Shown in pieces: positions 27,801 through 40,429 of a stretch of 64,000 nucleotides of DNA (position 1 is the stretch's first letter; each line of letters starts with the position of its first letter). A program made the translations under genes and the position numbers. The notes beneath the pieces are model-generated. The model had not been told where the DNA came from. It did not search any database and saw nothing but the letters and a program-made list of their open reading frames with translations. Origin of the DNA: Bilabrum cf. latius (taxonomy: Eukaryota); assembly GCA_965178125.1 (NCBI GenBank), contig OZ237753.1, positions 62,001 to 126,000 of the forward strand, read 5' to 3'.

Positions 27801-30800
27801 GGCCCCGACTCGGCCGTGGCGCAGTCGGAGCTGACCGTGACGGGCGCCGAGGGCTGCGAGTCCAGGAGTCTGTGGAGCCCGGGCCAGCCCACCATCGTGC
27901 GGCACCAGGACGACGAGATCGTGTTCGTGACCCCCGAGGGCCTGGGTACCAACCGGGATGTGTTTGTGTCTTACTTCGAGCAGAACCCGTCTGCTCGCGT
28001 GACTGACGGGGACGTGCTGGAGATCCGTAGCAACGTGCTGCTGGTCAACTACTCGAGGCCGTTCATCACGTCCGTGACTCCGCAGACCGTGGAGGTGCGC
28101 GAGCTGGAGGGCAGGCACCCCATCACCATCAAGGGCAGGAACTTCGGACCCACGGGATCCACCGAGGGCTGGAGCGAGGCAGAGCGCCTGTCCCGCATCC
28201 ACATCGGAGCAAGGGAGTGCTTCATGCCGGGCGCTCTGCCCGAGGGAGCCCAGCGCTCCGTGGCCGAGGTGCTGGATGAGTTCACCGGGGACACTACCCA
28301 GCGGGCCGTGTTGGAGTGCCACCTGGACGCAGACACAGTGGGGCCCAAGAACATCACCGTGCAGGTGGCTGGCCAGCGCCGCTTCGCAGACATCACCAGG
28401 CCGCCGCTGGTGCAGGTGGTATGCGACCGGGACTACTTTGGTCTGGAGGGCGAGATGTGCCTGCCCTGCCCCGAGGGAGGCGTGTGCGACGGCTACGACC
28501 AGTTCAACAACACGCACACCATGCCGAGGCCTCTGGAGAACTTCTACAACCTCAACTCGTCCGACTCCGCCAACTTCAACATGCTGCAGATCTGCCCGCC
28601 AGGCCGGCAGGTGGTGGCGCCCAGGCACCCGCTGGACGAGGACCAGCCCGCGATCCACGAGGGCGGGCCCAGGGACGTCTGTATCGTGGCGTGCGAGCCG
28701 CAGTGGGCGTGCGTGGGCGACAACTTCTGCGCCCGAGGGTACGCCTCCAAGGCGCCCATGTACAGGTGCGCCAGCTGCGACACGGGCTTCTACAGGCGCG
28801 CGGGCGAGTGCGTCAAGTGCCCCGACAACCCGTGGATCCTCATCGTGGCGTTTGTGCTGATGGCCATGACGGCCGGATGCGTGGGCCTGTGGCTGAACCG
28901 CAGCAAGATCAACATCGCGCTGATCGCCATTGGTGTGGACTACTTCCAGGTGCTGGCCATCTTCGCCAACGCCCGCGTGAGCTGGCCCCCCATGCTCAAG
29001 GACCTGTTCCACATCCTGTCCGCCTTCAACTTGAACCTCGAGATCACGGCGCCCGAGTGCACTGTGCCCGAGCTGGCCTTCCAGACCAAGTGGTACTTCA
29101 TTGTGCTGCTACCTCTGGCCGTCATCGCCATGGGCATGGTGGCCTTTGCGGCCTTCTGGCTGTACGCGCTCTTCACCAACATGCAGAAGGACCCCAAGGG
29201 GCAGCGGTACGCTCCTCTGGTGGCTGGCCTGATCGTGCTGCTGTACTTCCTGTACCTGCACGAGACCAAGACCATCCTGGACGTGTTCAACTGCGTGCCC
29301 ACCACACCGCCAGACGGACAGAAGTACCTGCAGGCCGTGTTCGAGCCTTGCGGACAGAAGGGTGGCGTGCAGCTGCAGCTCATGCCCTTCGCCGTGATCG
29401 CGCTGATCGTGTACACGTTCGGCTTCCCCGCGTGGGTTGCCTTTATGCTAGTGGTCAACAAGGAGACCATCATGCTGGACCAGCTCAGGAGGGCCCAGGG
29501 ACACGGATACACGTTCGTGTCATCCGATCCCGAGGCCATCAAGCAGGCCGCAGCATTCCGTGTCAAGTTCCAGCGTCTGTACTACTACTTCAAGCCCGAG
29601 TACTACTGGTGGGTCATGACCATCATCGCGCGCAAGGCTCTCATCGCCTTCTGCTCGCTCATGTTCAACACCAACGCGTCCTTCCAGATGGCCGCCACGC
29701 TGCTGGTCATCTTCCTGTGCTACACGCTGCAGGTCAAGTACAACCCGTACATGCCCCCAGCCGAGTATCAGGACACGCTCATCGACTGGGCCGGCAAGTC
29801 CGTGGACGAGGGTCTCCGCAAGGCCCAGGCGGACCGCAGCTCCTCGGATGCCATCGACAAGGCCGCTGCGCAGAACTCGGCCAACCGCCGCGATGAGCTG
29901 CTGGACACCACCGGCATGGCCAGCACCGGGTCCATGGCGCGCGCCCAATAGAACGGGTGCGCGGGCTGCCTGCAGTCCACGGGCTCTGCCGCCTTCATCA
30001 TGTGCGCTCGATCCCCTGAGCTGTACTACTCGCTGTGGGACACGATCCGCACGCAGGACAAGAGGCAGGACAAGGCCAACCAGAGGTCCCAGAACAGCCT
30101 CAGCAGCACGCGCATCAACGCAGCCGCCGTGGATCCCAAGGACGTGATGGGCGTGATGGGCAGCAACGTGATGAACTGGAACACTGTGGAGACGGTACTG
30201 CTGTTCTGCGCCATCCTCGTGACGCTGGGCGGCATCATGCTCGAGTCGGGCCGCTTCGACCAGGAGGGCTACCAGGACCAGCGGGACGCCATCACCATCA
30301 TCCTCATGCTCATCATCATGTCATCCATCACGTACTACTTCACGGTCTTCGGGCTGGAGCTGTACATGCTGGTGACGGCCAAGGACCGCGCCCGTCGACT
30401 GCAGCAGGCCAGCATCAAGAAGGTCAAGGAGGGCAAGGCCGCCCGCAAGATCGACGTGGACATGTCCAACGCCGAGTACAGCGCCAACCCGCTCATGGAC
30501 GTCAGCAAGGCCGGCAAGGACAGCGGCGCTGACGGCGACTCTGCTCTCCTGCAGAACATGCGCGGCATGATGGAGCTGGAGAGCCTGGACCGGCACTCGT
30601 GGGTGCGCCTCAGGGGCCAGTTCAAGGAGTTCGTGCTGTCGTACGAGGAGATGTCCAAGGAGTACGGCAGGATGACCAAGGAGAGCATGCGGGCGGCGGC
30701 CAGCGGCGTTTCTCCTCTCGTGGGCGCCTCGTCCCCGCGTGTAGGGTCTGCTGGGTCCCCTCAGCTAGGCGGGTCAAGTTCGATGGGCATGAACCCCATG

Positions 30801-31290
30801 AGCCTGGGCATGGCTCGTGGGGGCAAGAAGAAGGAGTTCGGAAGGGCCGCAGCGTCGAGCCGCTCCCTGGGGCGGCGCAACAGCGGCCGCAACCCACTCC
30901 TGAGGAAGGGGTCCATGAGCAAGGCGGGATCGGCTGCATCGATCGGAGTGGAGGAGAGCCAGTGAGAGAGTGAATCGTATCGAGGTGAGTCGTAACGACT
31001 CTTCAGCTGGCAGACAGACTTTAGGAGTGCATCGCGCAACGAGAGCGGCGCTTCAGCGAATGTTCGCAAGGCCGCGGTGGAATACCGCGTGTCACCATGC
31101 CTCAGTAATAGTGCATCCACCGTAAGGGCGAAAGCCAAGTACGGTTGCTGCACGGCATGCGTGTACACGCGGTTCCATCTGCGGCATGCGACGCGAAGCG
31201 CCGCCTCCACCCCGTCTTCACTCGCAAAGATATATCATTATCTTGCGCTTCCGTGCTTGATTTTGTAAATCTATTGTGCATGTTATATCA
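18872..31290 (+). repeat. Segmental duplication, copy 1 (~12.4 kb; copy 2 at ~45461-58040)
   Basis: Colinear identity from ATCGAAGATGAAGACAA through the gene and 3' flank. Offset is 26585 before, and 26747 after, a 162-bp intron insertion. Confidence 0.95.
19157..30965 (+). CDS. Giant cell-surface protein, copy 1 (~3,820 aa): signal peptide, sushi/CCP, cadherin repeats, many IPT/TIG repeats, Cys-rich region, 9 TM (nonagonal-cadherin-like); exons 19157-19592, 19740-20159, 20250-20320, 20421-30965
   Basis: Three GTGAG...CGCAG introns keep frame; 12 in-frame TAG; TGA stop. Motifs: MKAVLCSIAVALSLAAA; CEFQCRAGY...C; LDY/DRNDPP/ATDPD/LNYE/DVNDPP; repeated GG..I...G.NFG; CLPCPEGGVC; nine hydrophobic segments. 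Confidence 0.9.
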
Positions 31291-31785
31291 TCTCTCAACT
31301 TCCACATCCGCATGTGGTCGGTGATCCGATCCCCCTGATCCGAGTCACTCGTCACACATGCCCAACCCACACCTGCCCGGCCTGTGCCTCCCCCTTCCTA
31401 TCCGCCTCATCAACCCAATGACCCCGCCGATCATCTTCTCCTCCACCATTTCCTCCTCCGTTCCGGTGAACCGTCGTCCCCCCCTCCTGGTATTAAGGAG
31501 ACAGAGTCTGATTCGTTGTTGACGTCAAATGAGATGATAAGCGTCTGTGCGATGAGGATGGCTCTGCGAAGAAGGAGAACGCCGCAACACCTTGTCCGTA
31601 GGTGGGAAGAGGAATTGTAGCGTTAGACATCGTAATCTGATTAACGGAAGAGGCAGGCCACGAAGAGTGGAGGTTGGCATTTCTCCAGTCAATCGCCTCC
31701 ATTCGGGGTGGAAGAGCTCAGGACTGACAGATCATCTTGAATTCTTTGCCCGCCTCATACCTTCCGAGCCAAGGACTGGAAGGCC

Positions 31786-33624
31786 ATGTCACCGGCTGAG
31801 CGGACGCTGTGTGGATTTGCTCACGGTTTCCCGATGGGCCGCACAGCAGCTGTCCAGCAGCAGGTCAAGCTGCCGACAAACTCCATCCCGACTGAGGCTG
31901 AGGCTGCAGGGCACTGCGAGCTGGGAGCCAGCCTGCGTGAGTCGCGTAGGTTGGCCATCGCAGCGTCATCTGCACCGAGCACCCCGGTAAGCGCGGTGGT
32001 TGCGATCCCTAAGAAGAAGGTTGGCGACTATCGGCTCTTGGTGGATGCATCGGACAAGCGGGCGGGCACCCTGTTGGGGGCCAACGTGGCAGTCGAATAC
32101 GAGCGCTGGACGAGTGCCCCGATGGCATCGATCGGCGAGCTGATGCGCAAGGCCGTGCGCATCTCGCAGCACACCTCCGAGCCCCTGGCGGGCCTGACAA
32201 TTGACCTCAGCAAGGCCTTCTGGCAGTTCCCGCTGGCTGTTGGTGACATTCCGTATCAGCAATTGCGCATCGGCGACATGGTGCTGCTCGGCACGCGCCT
32301 CGGCATGGGCAACAAGAGCAGCCCTGGTCACGTCACCACGGCGACGACATGCTTCGGTGACGCCTTTGAGGAGCGCTGGAATTTCGATCCTGTGCGGCCC
32401 ACGACTGCAACGTCGACCTTCGTGGATGATTTTGGTTTAGTGGCACCGTTGACGCGGATTGACCACTTGGCCATGCAGTTCGTGCATGATGCTGCGCGAG
32501 TGGGCCTCCAAGTCAGCGAGTCGAAAGCACTGGAAGTGGGCACCCCGGGCCCTCGGTTCGATTTCCTAGGGTACACGGTAGCGCTGGATGAGTTCAAGGT
32601 GTACGTGCAGCCGTCCAAGGTCACGAAGGCGGTCGGGCTCATTGACGGCATCTTGGGGGCCACCCAGGCTGGAATCCGTCGGTCAACGGGAGAATCGCTG
32701 GTGGGCCTGCTGTGCTACGTGGCAGAGGCCATCCTGCCTGCCAAACCGCGCTGCAGACCTCTGTTCTCGTGGCTGCATGCCAACGAGCACGCCTCGGTAC
32801 TCTCCGTTCCAGCCGAGGTTCAGCGGACCCTGCGATGGTGGCGACATGCCCTGCTGCACCAGGATGGCCGCTCGTTCCCGCGACAGCACGATCCCGAACG
32901 CGATCCAGTGATGTTCACGGACGCATCGCTGCATGGATGGGGTGGCTACTTGGTCTGGCCCTCAGGTGCCACGTAGGCCATCTACGGCACGTGGCCGGAT
33001 TCTACCTGCCTACTGTCCAACGACATCTCGGCTCTCGAACTCGGATGCATTGAGATCCTGTGTGATCATTGGAAGAACGAACTGCGGGGACATGTGTTGC
33101 TTGTGCGGTGTGACAACTCCGCCTCTGTGCATTGTTTGCGTCGTGGGTTTTGTCGTAGTGTCCGCATGGCTCGCATCCTCGCTGACCTGTTCACCACCCT
33201 CTGCTCCCACGACGTGTAGGTTTGGAGCCGGCACATACCAGGGTTAGAGAACACCTGGGCCGACCGCTTGTCCAGGGAAGGTCACCCGACAAACTTGCCG
33301 CCGCACTGGGAATCGGTGAGGAAGCTCCCGACGCCTACGAGGACTTGGTCGAACTTGCGGCCATCAAGGCCGCCTCGAGCATCGAGGCGAATGGCACCAC
33401 GGCACTTCGGCACTGGGCAGCGTACGGCCGCAGATACGGCCTCGACCTGGCGCCACCGGCCTTTGGCTCCATCGGTCCGGCACGCAACGAGGCCTTCGAA
33501 GTGGAACTCGGCAGATTCATCACGTACGTGGCGGCGGCCGAGCCGGGCATCAGCGGCGCCTCCGCAAGCCAGTACGCAGCGCAAGTGGCGTCCTTGTACA
33601 AACGACTAGGAGGAGTCGCAGTGA
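31786..33624 (+). CDS. Reverse transcriptase-RNase H of the YR retrotransposon
   Basis: IPKKKVGDYRLLVDAS, IDLSKAF, LGMGNKSSP, FVDDF, FLGY; RNase H FTDASLHGWGG...ISALEL...CDN...HIPGLENTWADRLSR. Continuous only if TAG 32974 and 33217 are sense; TAG 33607 precedes the TGA. Confidence 0.85.
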
Positions 33625-34473
33625 AAGGACTTGGTGACTTTGGCCATGCAGTGGCCAGGCACTACACGGCAGCCAAGCCAACCCTTGCGAGTCTGCACCG
33701 CACGCCCATCCCGTTGTCGGCAGTGCGGCGCTTCTTTGAGTTCCAGCCATCCACCCCCGGCGAAAGTGCGGCCTAGTTGGCGGGTGCACTGGCCTTTGGG
33801 GGGACCATGCGCCTGGGCGAGGCCACCGGAGAGGCACGGGCCGCCTCTGACCCGCATCGCCTCAGGCATGTATCCTGGGCAATCGAGGACAATCAGGTGA
33901 TCAGCTGCTCCCTGCACCTGCGGTTCACCAAGGCGGGTGGACCAGCCACGGTGGCTATTGCAGCCCGATCCCCTGTGTAGGTGGACAAATGCGGGTTAAC
34001 AGGGCAGCACATGCTGCCCTGTTTACCTTCTCGTCCGGCACGTCGTGACAAGGTTGACCTCAGCGGGAATCCCGGTCACCTCGCCCCACCACCTGCACAA
34101 CGCCTGCCAGAACAGTCAGGTGTTGTTGTTCCCGGAGATCGCATCGCAAGGTCGCCGTAAGACGCGGCACATCGTCGCAGCCGATGTCGTACGCCTGGTG
34201 CGGAGCTGTGCAAGCCACCACGATGATGCGAGTGGGTGGCATGGGCACAGTTTCCGCATCACCAGCACCACCACAATGGTGCGACTGGGCATCGAGCACG
34301 GCATTGTGCAGCGTCTTGGACGGTGGGCATCCACCAAGAGCATGAACACCTACATCCGGCAGGAGGCCGACGGGCTGCCAGCGATCGATATTGGTTGGAC
34401 GCACCTTGAGCTGCAGCGCGCACCACAGGCGGCGCTGCTCGAGGCGGTGGCCCAAGCTCGGGCGTCCGACTAA
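33222..34473 (+). pseudogene. Tyrosine recombinase with one frameshift near 33960-34012
   Basis: FGGTMRLGE (catalytic R) and FTK in one frame, with TAG 33774 and 33978. CPVYLL, GHSFR, LGRW and YIR (H-x-x-R, W, Y) lie in the +1 frame; ends TAA. Confidence 0.85.
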
Positions 34474-35587
34474 TCCCAACTAACTTGGAGACACTTTGCT
34501 TTGCTTCAACGAGACCACCCTCTGCAACCTCCCGTAAGGAAGATATGGTAAGACATGGAGAATTCGTTGTGTGTCTCCGCTGGTGGACAAATCCATCGGT
34601 GGATTTAGGCACATGGCGACGGCTCTGTGTTCGATGCCATGTCTGGTTGTATTTGGGTGGTTGAGTCTGTAAAAGAAGCTTTCATGGAAGTCACGATGTC
34701 ACTTTGCTCTACCCTCCCCCAACCCCTCCATTCGCCCCCCTCCCCCCACCCCACCCCTGCACTTCCCCCCCCCCTAGCCGCTCTCTCTCTCTCTCTCCCT
34801 CTCTTGGGGTGGTCGTTGTAGTTGGGTAGTGTGTGCTTTGACTCAGACATATTAATTTCTCTCTCCCTCTCACTCCTCCGCATCGCTACGTCGCATCTGA
34901 GCCTGCTCCTCGAGCGGGTCCTGCGCCCACCGAGTGACCTCAATCTCAGAGACCTTGCTAGCCTCACCAACTGCACCCACATATTAGCCAACAAATCTCT
35001 GCGAATAAGTCCGCTGCGCACAAGAGATGACGGCATCTGGATGGGGTTAGAGAGAATATATTTTGGTGAGACAATCCGAGGACTGTCACTATACTCTATA
35101 GTAACGGTTGGTGAGACCAGTAAGGTCTCTGAGATCGGATTGAGGTCGCTCGGTGGGCGCAGGACACGCTCGCGGTGCAGGATCAGATGCGACGTAGCGA
35201 TGCGGAGGAGTGAGAGAGAGAGCGCGGCTAGGGAGGGGAGGTGCAAGGGTGGGGTAGGGGGCGAATGGAGGGGTTGGGGAGGGTAGAGCAGAGGGAGGGG
35301 GGCGACGGTTCACCGAAGGGGGGTGAGGAAGTAGTGGGGGAGAAGATGATCGGTGGGTTCATTGGGTTGATGCGGCGGATAGGAAGGGGGAGGCACAGGC
35401 CGGGCAGGTGGGGGATTGGGCATGTGTGACAAGTGACTCGGATCAGGGGGATCGGATCACCCGACCACATGCGGATGTGGAAGTTGAGAGGTCACAATTA
35501 GACTCGAGCGGCAATCAAGCCGCATGCTATCTGGGCGCTGAGGGGCAGCGCTCGCCAGTTTTTGCTTTATTAAACTCTTGCTCTACC

Positions 35588-38500
35588 CGACCCGGCGAAA
35601 ACCCAACTTTCGGCAGTTCCGGGATTTCATCGGTTGGTACCCCTCCGAATCGTGTCAAAATTCAAAGGCATAACGAATGCCAATTTTACTTTTGATAGTC
35701 GAAATAGTAAATCAACTTCATTAACTACATAATTGCCGGCTGTGCATTTGCTAGGTGGCTTCATTGACGAATTACATGGGGCCCCAATAATTTTGCTCTG
35801 ACCGCGACACGTTTTTTTGGAAGCTCATATTCTTACTCCATCGATATGTAATTGTAATAATAATACAATCAATACATTATTTATTGATATAATAATAAAA
35901 TATAAATTGGCGTCCGGCCATTTCTACACCAACGTCGAGAAATGCTGTCTATGAAATTTTTTGCCTGCGAGTTGGGCGCTAGCCAGACTTCAACAGAACC
36001 AGCCCCTGGTAAGCAGATATGAAGAAATTGAAGTCAAATATAAGCTCAAACATGTCAATGTGGATGTATAAAGTAGCTTGACTGCCGGGGACTGCAATAT
36101 TGCATTTAAATCTGCCAATACATGCGCTCTGACCAGGTTCGTGTGGCACTGGTGTCCGAGGCTGCGCGTCTGTAGCATTCTCCTTAGTAGCCAGCATACA
36201 TCAAATTGATAAACCCGTAATCTTAATGTATTATTCGCAGCTGTGGCAACTATAATTCAACTTGACGTGCCTCTAATTTATGGCTACATCAAATTATGCG
36301 CTGGTTAAGAATTGACGTTAATTTGGCCGAATCACGCTCTTGACATGAACGCATCATGGCTCAAGCTATACATAATTTTTCAATGAATGCGCACTACAAT
36401 CACGCCATATACTCCAGTATGCATTATTTTATGGCAACAAAACTGGCGAGGATGGATTATAAACTCCAGTCAACTGAGCTCTACCTCGCTACTTGCCGAT
36501 TGTGCAGTGACAACCTGGCAGAATCAAGCAAAATAAACGAAAGAGCACGGAATTATCTTAGCGCATTGCTAAATATGTGGATATTATACAGATAGTTGTA
36601 AAGCATTAGTCAATTTTTATTCTTGAAGGCTAGAATGGAGCGTAGAAGTCAGGACAAGTTTCGGTTGGAGGCTGACAGAGTCGACGACGCACCAGCCTTC
36701 AGCATACCATGCTTGCCATGTAAAGCCTAAACAAAAAATGTACTTGCCAGAATACATGTTATACCTTATTATCTACGTGTTAAATGCAGCAACTTCAAGC
36801 GTACACGGCTTTGTGTAGTGTAAGGAAGCACAACTGTTGCTCTGACTTGATCGGGTTTCCGAGCAAGTCGAACCGGTGCCTAAGTTGGGAGTCCTTCAGT
36901 AGCTTGTTCATGGCTGATTTAATCCCAAAGTAAGCACTAATACTATAAATACGTGCTTGTAACTGTAATGGGACTAACATTTGTAGCATAAGTCATGCCT
37001 TGAAGCACAGACTTGCAGCTGTATAGCAGATTCTAGTTTGATGCTGGGCGCGACTCGGAGGTGCCTCCAAATCATATCGATTATATCTCGAATAGTAACG
37101 AATCTAACAATACGGCGCCCTACATGAATTAAATGGCTAATAAATAATCAATTGCATGGATGGTATTACCTTATGCTACTCGTAGGTAGGGAAAAATCAA
37201 GTAAATGCTGTGTGGGGTTGAGCAGGATTTTGAGGTCTTGGTGCACCCGCGGTAGTGCACGTTCGACATAGACTCGTTCGTTGTATTGAAAGGGTATCCA
37301 ATGGTGTAACTAAAATAATAACTACTATAATGTCCTTATGAAAGCATTACTTTATTCATATCATCACTGTGGATCATGCAGGTGAGCCCTAAACAGTCTT
37401 GTCTGTGTCGCGTTGGACACATATTTCGATGTATTGTTGTTGACGTGAACATATCGTTCGTATTCGACGTAAACCATACTTTCGGCCCACCAACTAATAC
37501 ATGAATGTTAAATGAAGTTGGTTAGCGCCCTGAAGTACCACTTTATTATTATTGCATGGGCAATGCTTCCTTGCTGCAGAGTGGTCACGGAAATTGCACA
37601 TTCAACACTGCAGACAATCAAACCGATGTAAATTCAAGGCAAACTTCCTATATGAATAGAATATGCGTATATACACTAGTTTGTAGCTTACGAAGGAAAA
37701 TTAACACGATTTAGGATAGCTATCAGGATGCAATTGCTACACCCCGGTTGAGGCTTCGGCTCAAAATCTTGCAGTTTGGCATAATTACGACCATTTATTT
37801 CGGTTTGGTCCTAGTATACCCTATATAATATCATTAAAAAAATACATGGGCGATTATCAGTCTCCAAAGTTCTTCTGTATACCTAGAGCTGCTTTTTGAG
37901 CACCATTTGTGCAGGTCGGAGCTTCGTCACATAATTCAATACAAACATAATATTTGAAGTAATGACTCGTGTCTACTAGGTGTACATCTATTATATATGA
38001 TCTTGTAAGGTGATGGTGCTACTAGGGGCACTCGTTGGTGAAGACTGCGATGCATAGCCATAGGCAGTTGTCACGAGTACGGCTCGACTGGACCACCAAA
38101 AATTGCTCTTACTAGAGTAATTGACGCTTTCTGCGCCAATCTCTTGAATTCATTGGTAATAAATATAGAACAAATATCAGAATTTGTTAATAAAAATACC
38201 GGCTGGATCTAACGTGGTCAGTGAAACCAAGATTTACAGATTTTAGCGCACGAGGTAGTCCTCTTGATACCGCTGCACATTTTAACGTAAATTATACTCT
38301 GAATATCCCAATCGTATATTTACCATATACGTATTAAATATTAGGGTTAGCGGGAAGCTTAAAGATTTGCACTATTCTTGTGTGGGCCTGAACACAATAT
38401 TCGTAGATCGGCTAGGCCACTCTGCCCAAAGACCACACTATTGACGATTTCTGCAAACCATAATCGCGCAGAGCTTTTAAAGGATACAGTTTATAAATCA

Positions 38501-39004
38501 TAATATATGGTATACGTGGGTAGTGTATGGCATGAAAATCGGCGGACTTATTTTTGTATTCAGTACATAAAGATAGGCCCAGCAGAATCAGGGGCCGCCG
38601 GAAGGAGGCGTTGTAGATACTACTTTAATGCAGTATTGGAACTATAATGCAGTGTAATCAATGATTAAGTATCCTATGTATATAATTGCAATTAAATTAG
38701 GGGGAGGGAAGCATCTTGTGTACAGATATCATAGTTCTTCGCCGAGACTGCAGATGGCGACCCGCACGCGATCGAGTATCAGCTGGATCGAGGAGGCAAT
38801 ATTTTGGGCACCTCAGATGTCATTATCTGTACTATATGCGGACCTAGTACTTCTTTCATAGATGCATAACTATACAAATATATGTACTACAGTTTAGTTG
38901 TAATCAAATACGCAACAGAACAGCAGATCTCTAAAGTCAAAAGCGAACCTTACGAAATTTCGCGACCGAACCTAACGAAAGTTCGCACGATTTCGCCGGG
39001 TCTA
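35588..39004 (+). mobile_element. AT-rich decayed DNA transposon, possibly hAT
   Basis: Abrupt drop in GC. Inverted termini GACCCGGCGAAA (35589-35600) and TTTCGCCGGGTC (38991-39002) with weaker internal similarity. No long ORF; faint ordered motifs ATCRLC (~36490), CMDGIT (37153), ITVDHA (37363). Confidence 0.5.
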
Positions 39005-39599
39005 CTATGGTGAGCTTCGGCAGCCACAGCAATGCAGCGACTTCGCTGGCTCCATCAGATCCTATTGAAAGCAAAGACGGAGGGGGTATGTGCAAGAGCA
39101 GCGTGCCTCTCTGTGAGAGTGTCGGTGCCAGCCCACAGCATCGCTATCCGGATCCGGATTCCAGAATACGCTGGATTCCCCAAATGTGAAGCATGGCGGA
39201 TCTCGCCACCATGCCGGAAGGAAGGAAGGATAAATTTATGGGATTCAAACTACACGCTTCCCAGGCTAAGAAGTCACCCGAGGGCTACTTCGACCGGGAG
39301 GAACATCTCACTGACCAGCTCAAGCTGCAGCAGCTGCCAGCTGTGCCGCTCCTCCGTGGAGGTTCTGCACATCTGGAGCTCCCACTGCAAGTGCTAGGGT
39401 ATGTAAGAGACCAGCAAGGTCAGGGTCAAGGCCGCCTGCCTCTTCCCAAGCACTCCCAGATCCACCACCTGGTTGTGCTCCTGCCGGGATCGCAGCCTGC
39501 ACTACCACCGCTCGTGCTGCCGCTTGCGCCGCCTCGGGGGTCCCAGCTCCTGCTGAACCCGTTTCCTGCGCCACTCTCGTTCCTTGAAGCCCTGACATG

Positions 39600-40040
39600 T
39601 TCCGCACCGTAAGGCTGAAATGAATCGTGCGGCATGCGCACAGCATGGAAACTCCTTTGGCGATCTCTCGCGCCCAGATCCTGATCTGGGCCTCCTCTGG
39701 CAAACTACGGGCCCTTCCCACCCGCTTCCGACGGATGCGGGCCAACAGGCGCAGCAGCCCGCGCGCCCCACTTCCCAGCCCCCCCGTCGGTAGAACAACA
39801 AAGTCCTGGAAGACGGCCTGGGTCCTCTTCGCGATCGACCTGAACTTGTGGGCCGACCGGTCGCCGTTGTCCTTCATCCTCTTGTTCCCGGACTGCCTCT
39901 CCCTAGCTGCCGGGTCTAACGTGGTGACGTCCACGTGGATGGGTTTCTCGCCGTCCCTCGCAGTAATGATGTAAACCGAGTCGTTCCTGTCCTCGGTATC
40001 CACCGTGCTGATCTCCCTGGGTGACTCTCTCCCGGGCAGG
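39600..40040 (-). mobile_element. Non-LTR retrotransposon fragment (restriction-like endonuclease C-terminus)
   Basis: IHVDVTTLDPAA...KFRS...FQDFVVLPTGGLGSGARGLLRLLA...WAREIA matches the D-V-T...K...G-G-L-G pattern of R2/CRE/NeSL-type RLE domains. No RT is present. Confidence 0.65.
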
Positions 40041-40211
40041 GTCAGCTGTTCGTTCGCGAACGTTCAGCTGATACTGGCGTGATCCTGTGATCGACCGGCG
40101 AGGTGTCATTCCGGTTCGAGTCTACACTGGGGAAAGAGAGAGATCAGCCTCTGCGCTAGACAGGATTAGCAAAGAAATACAGAAGCAGCCCAAGCCAGTA
40201 GCTTTCTTCTC
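40040..40211 (+). repeat. Short dispersed repeat (copies 40040-40211 +, 41148-41280 +, 46963-47054 -)
   Basis: Shared core GTGATCGACCGGCGAGGTGTCATTCCGGTTCGAGTC. The first two copies also share the following ~90 bp. Confidence 0.9.
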
Positions 40212-40429
40212 TCCCACCCACCCACGACTCGGCCAAGGGGGAGGCAGCCAAGAGGGCTGCCTGAGGATGTAGTGATTTGTGTGAATTGATTGACCCATTG
40301 GCAGGGAGTCGTTTCCCTGAGACGACGGGGCACACCGGCCGTGCCGGCAGGGGTCGCGGGAGGCGACTCAGTGGACCAGGCGACTCCGCGGCGGGAGTCT
40401 GACCCTGCCCCGTCGCTCTCTTTCTCAGC

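Larger units (their letters stand above)
31488..34701 (+). mobile_element. Tyrosine-recombinase (DIRS/Ngaro-type) retrotransposon, no gag recognised
   Basis: RT-RNase H ORF overlapped by a tyrosine recombinase ORF. Confidence 0.9.
31292..35490. mobile_element. Foldback/palindromic element (~460-bp arms) whose left arm is split by an insertion
   Basis: 31292-31487 is the inverted match of 35291-35490, and 34702-34975 is the inverted match of 35105-35290. The two right-hand segments are contiguous. Confidence 0.75.

Noticed and set aside
35588-39004. Endogenous virophage or Polinton
   Set aside because: Too short, no open frames even with TAG as sense, and no recognisable capsid, ATPase, polymerase or integrase motifs.
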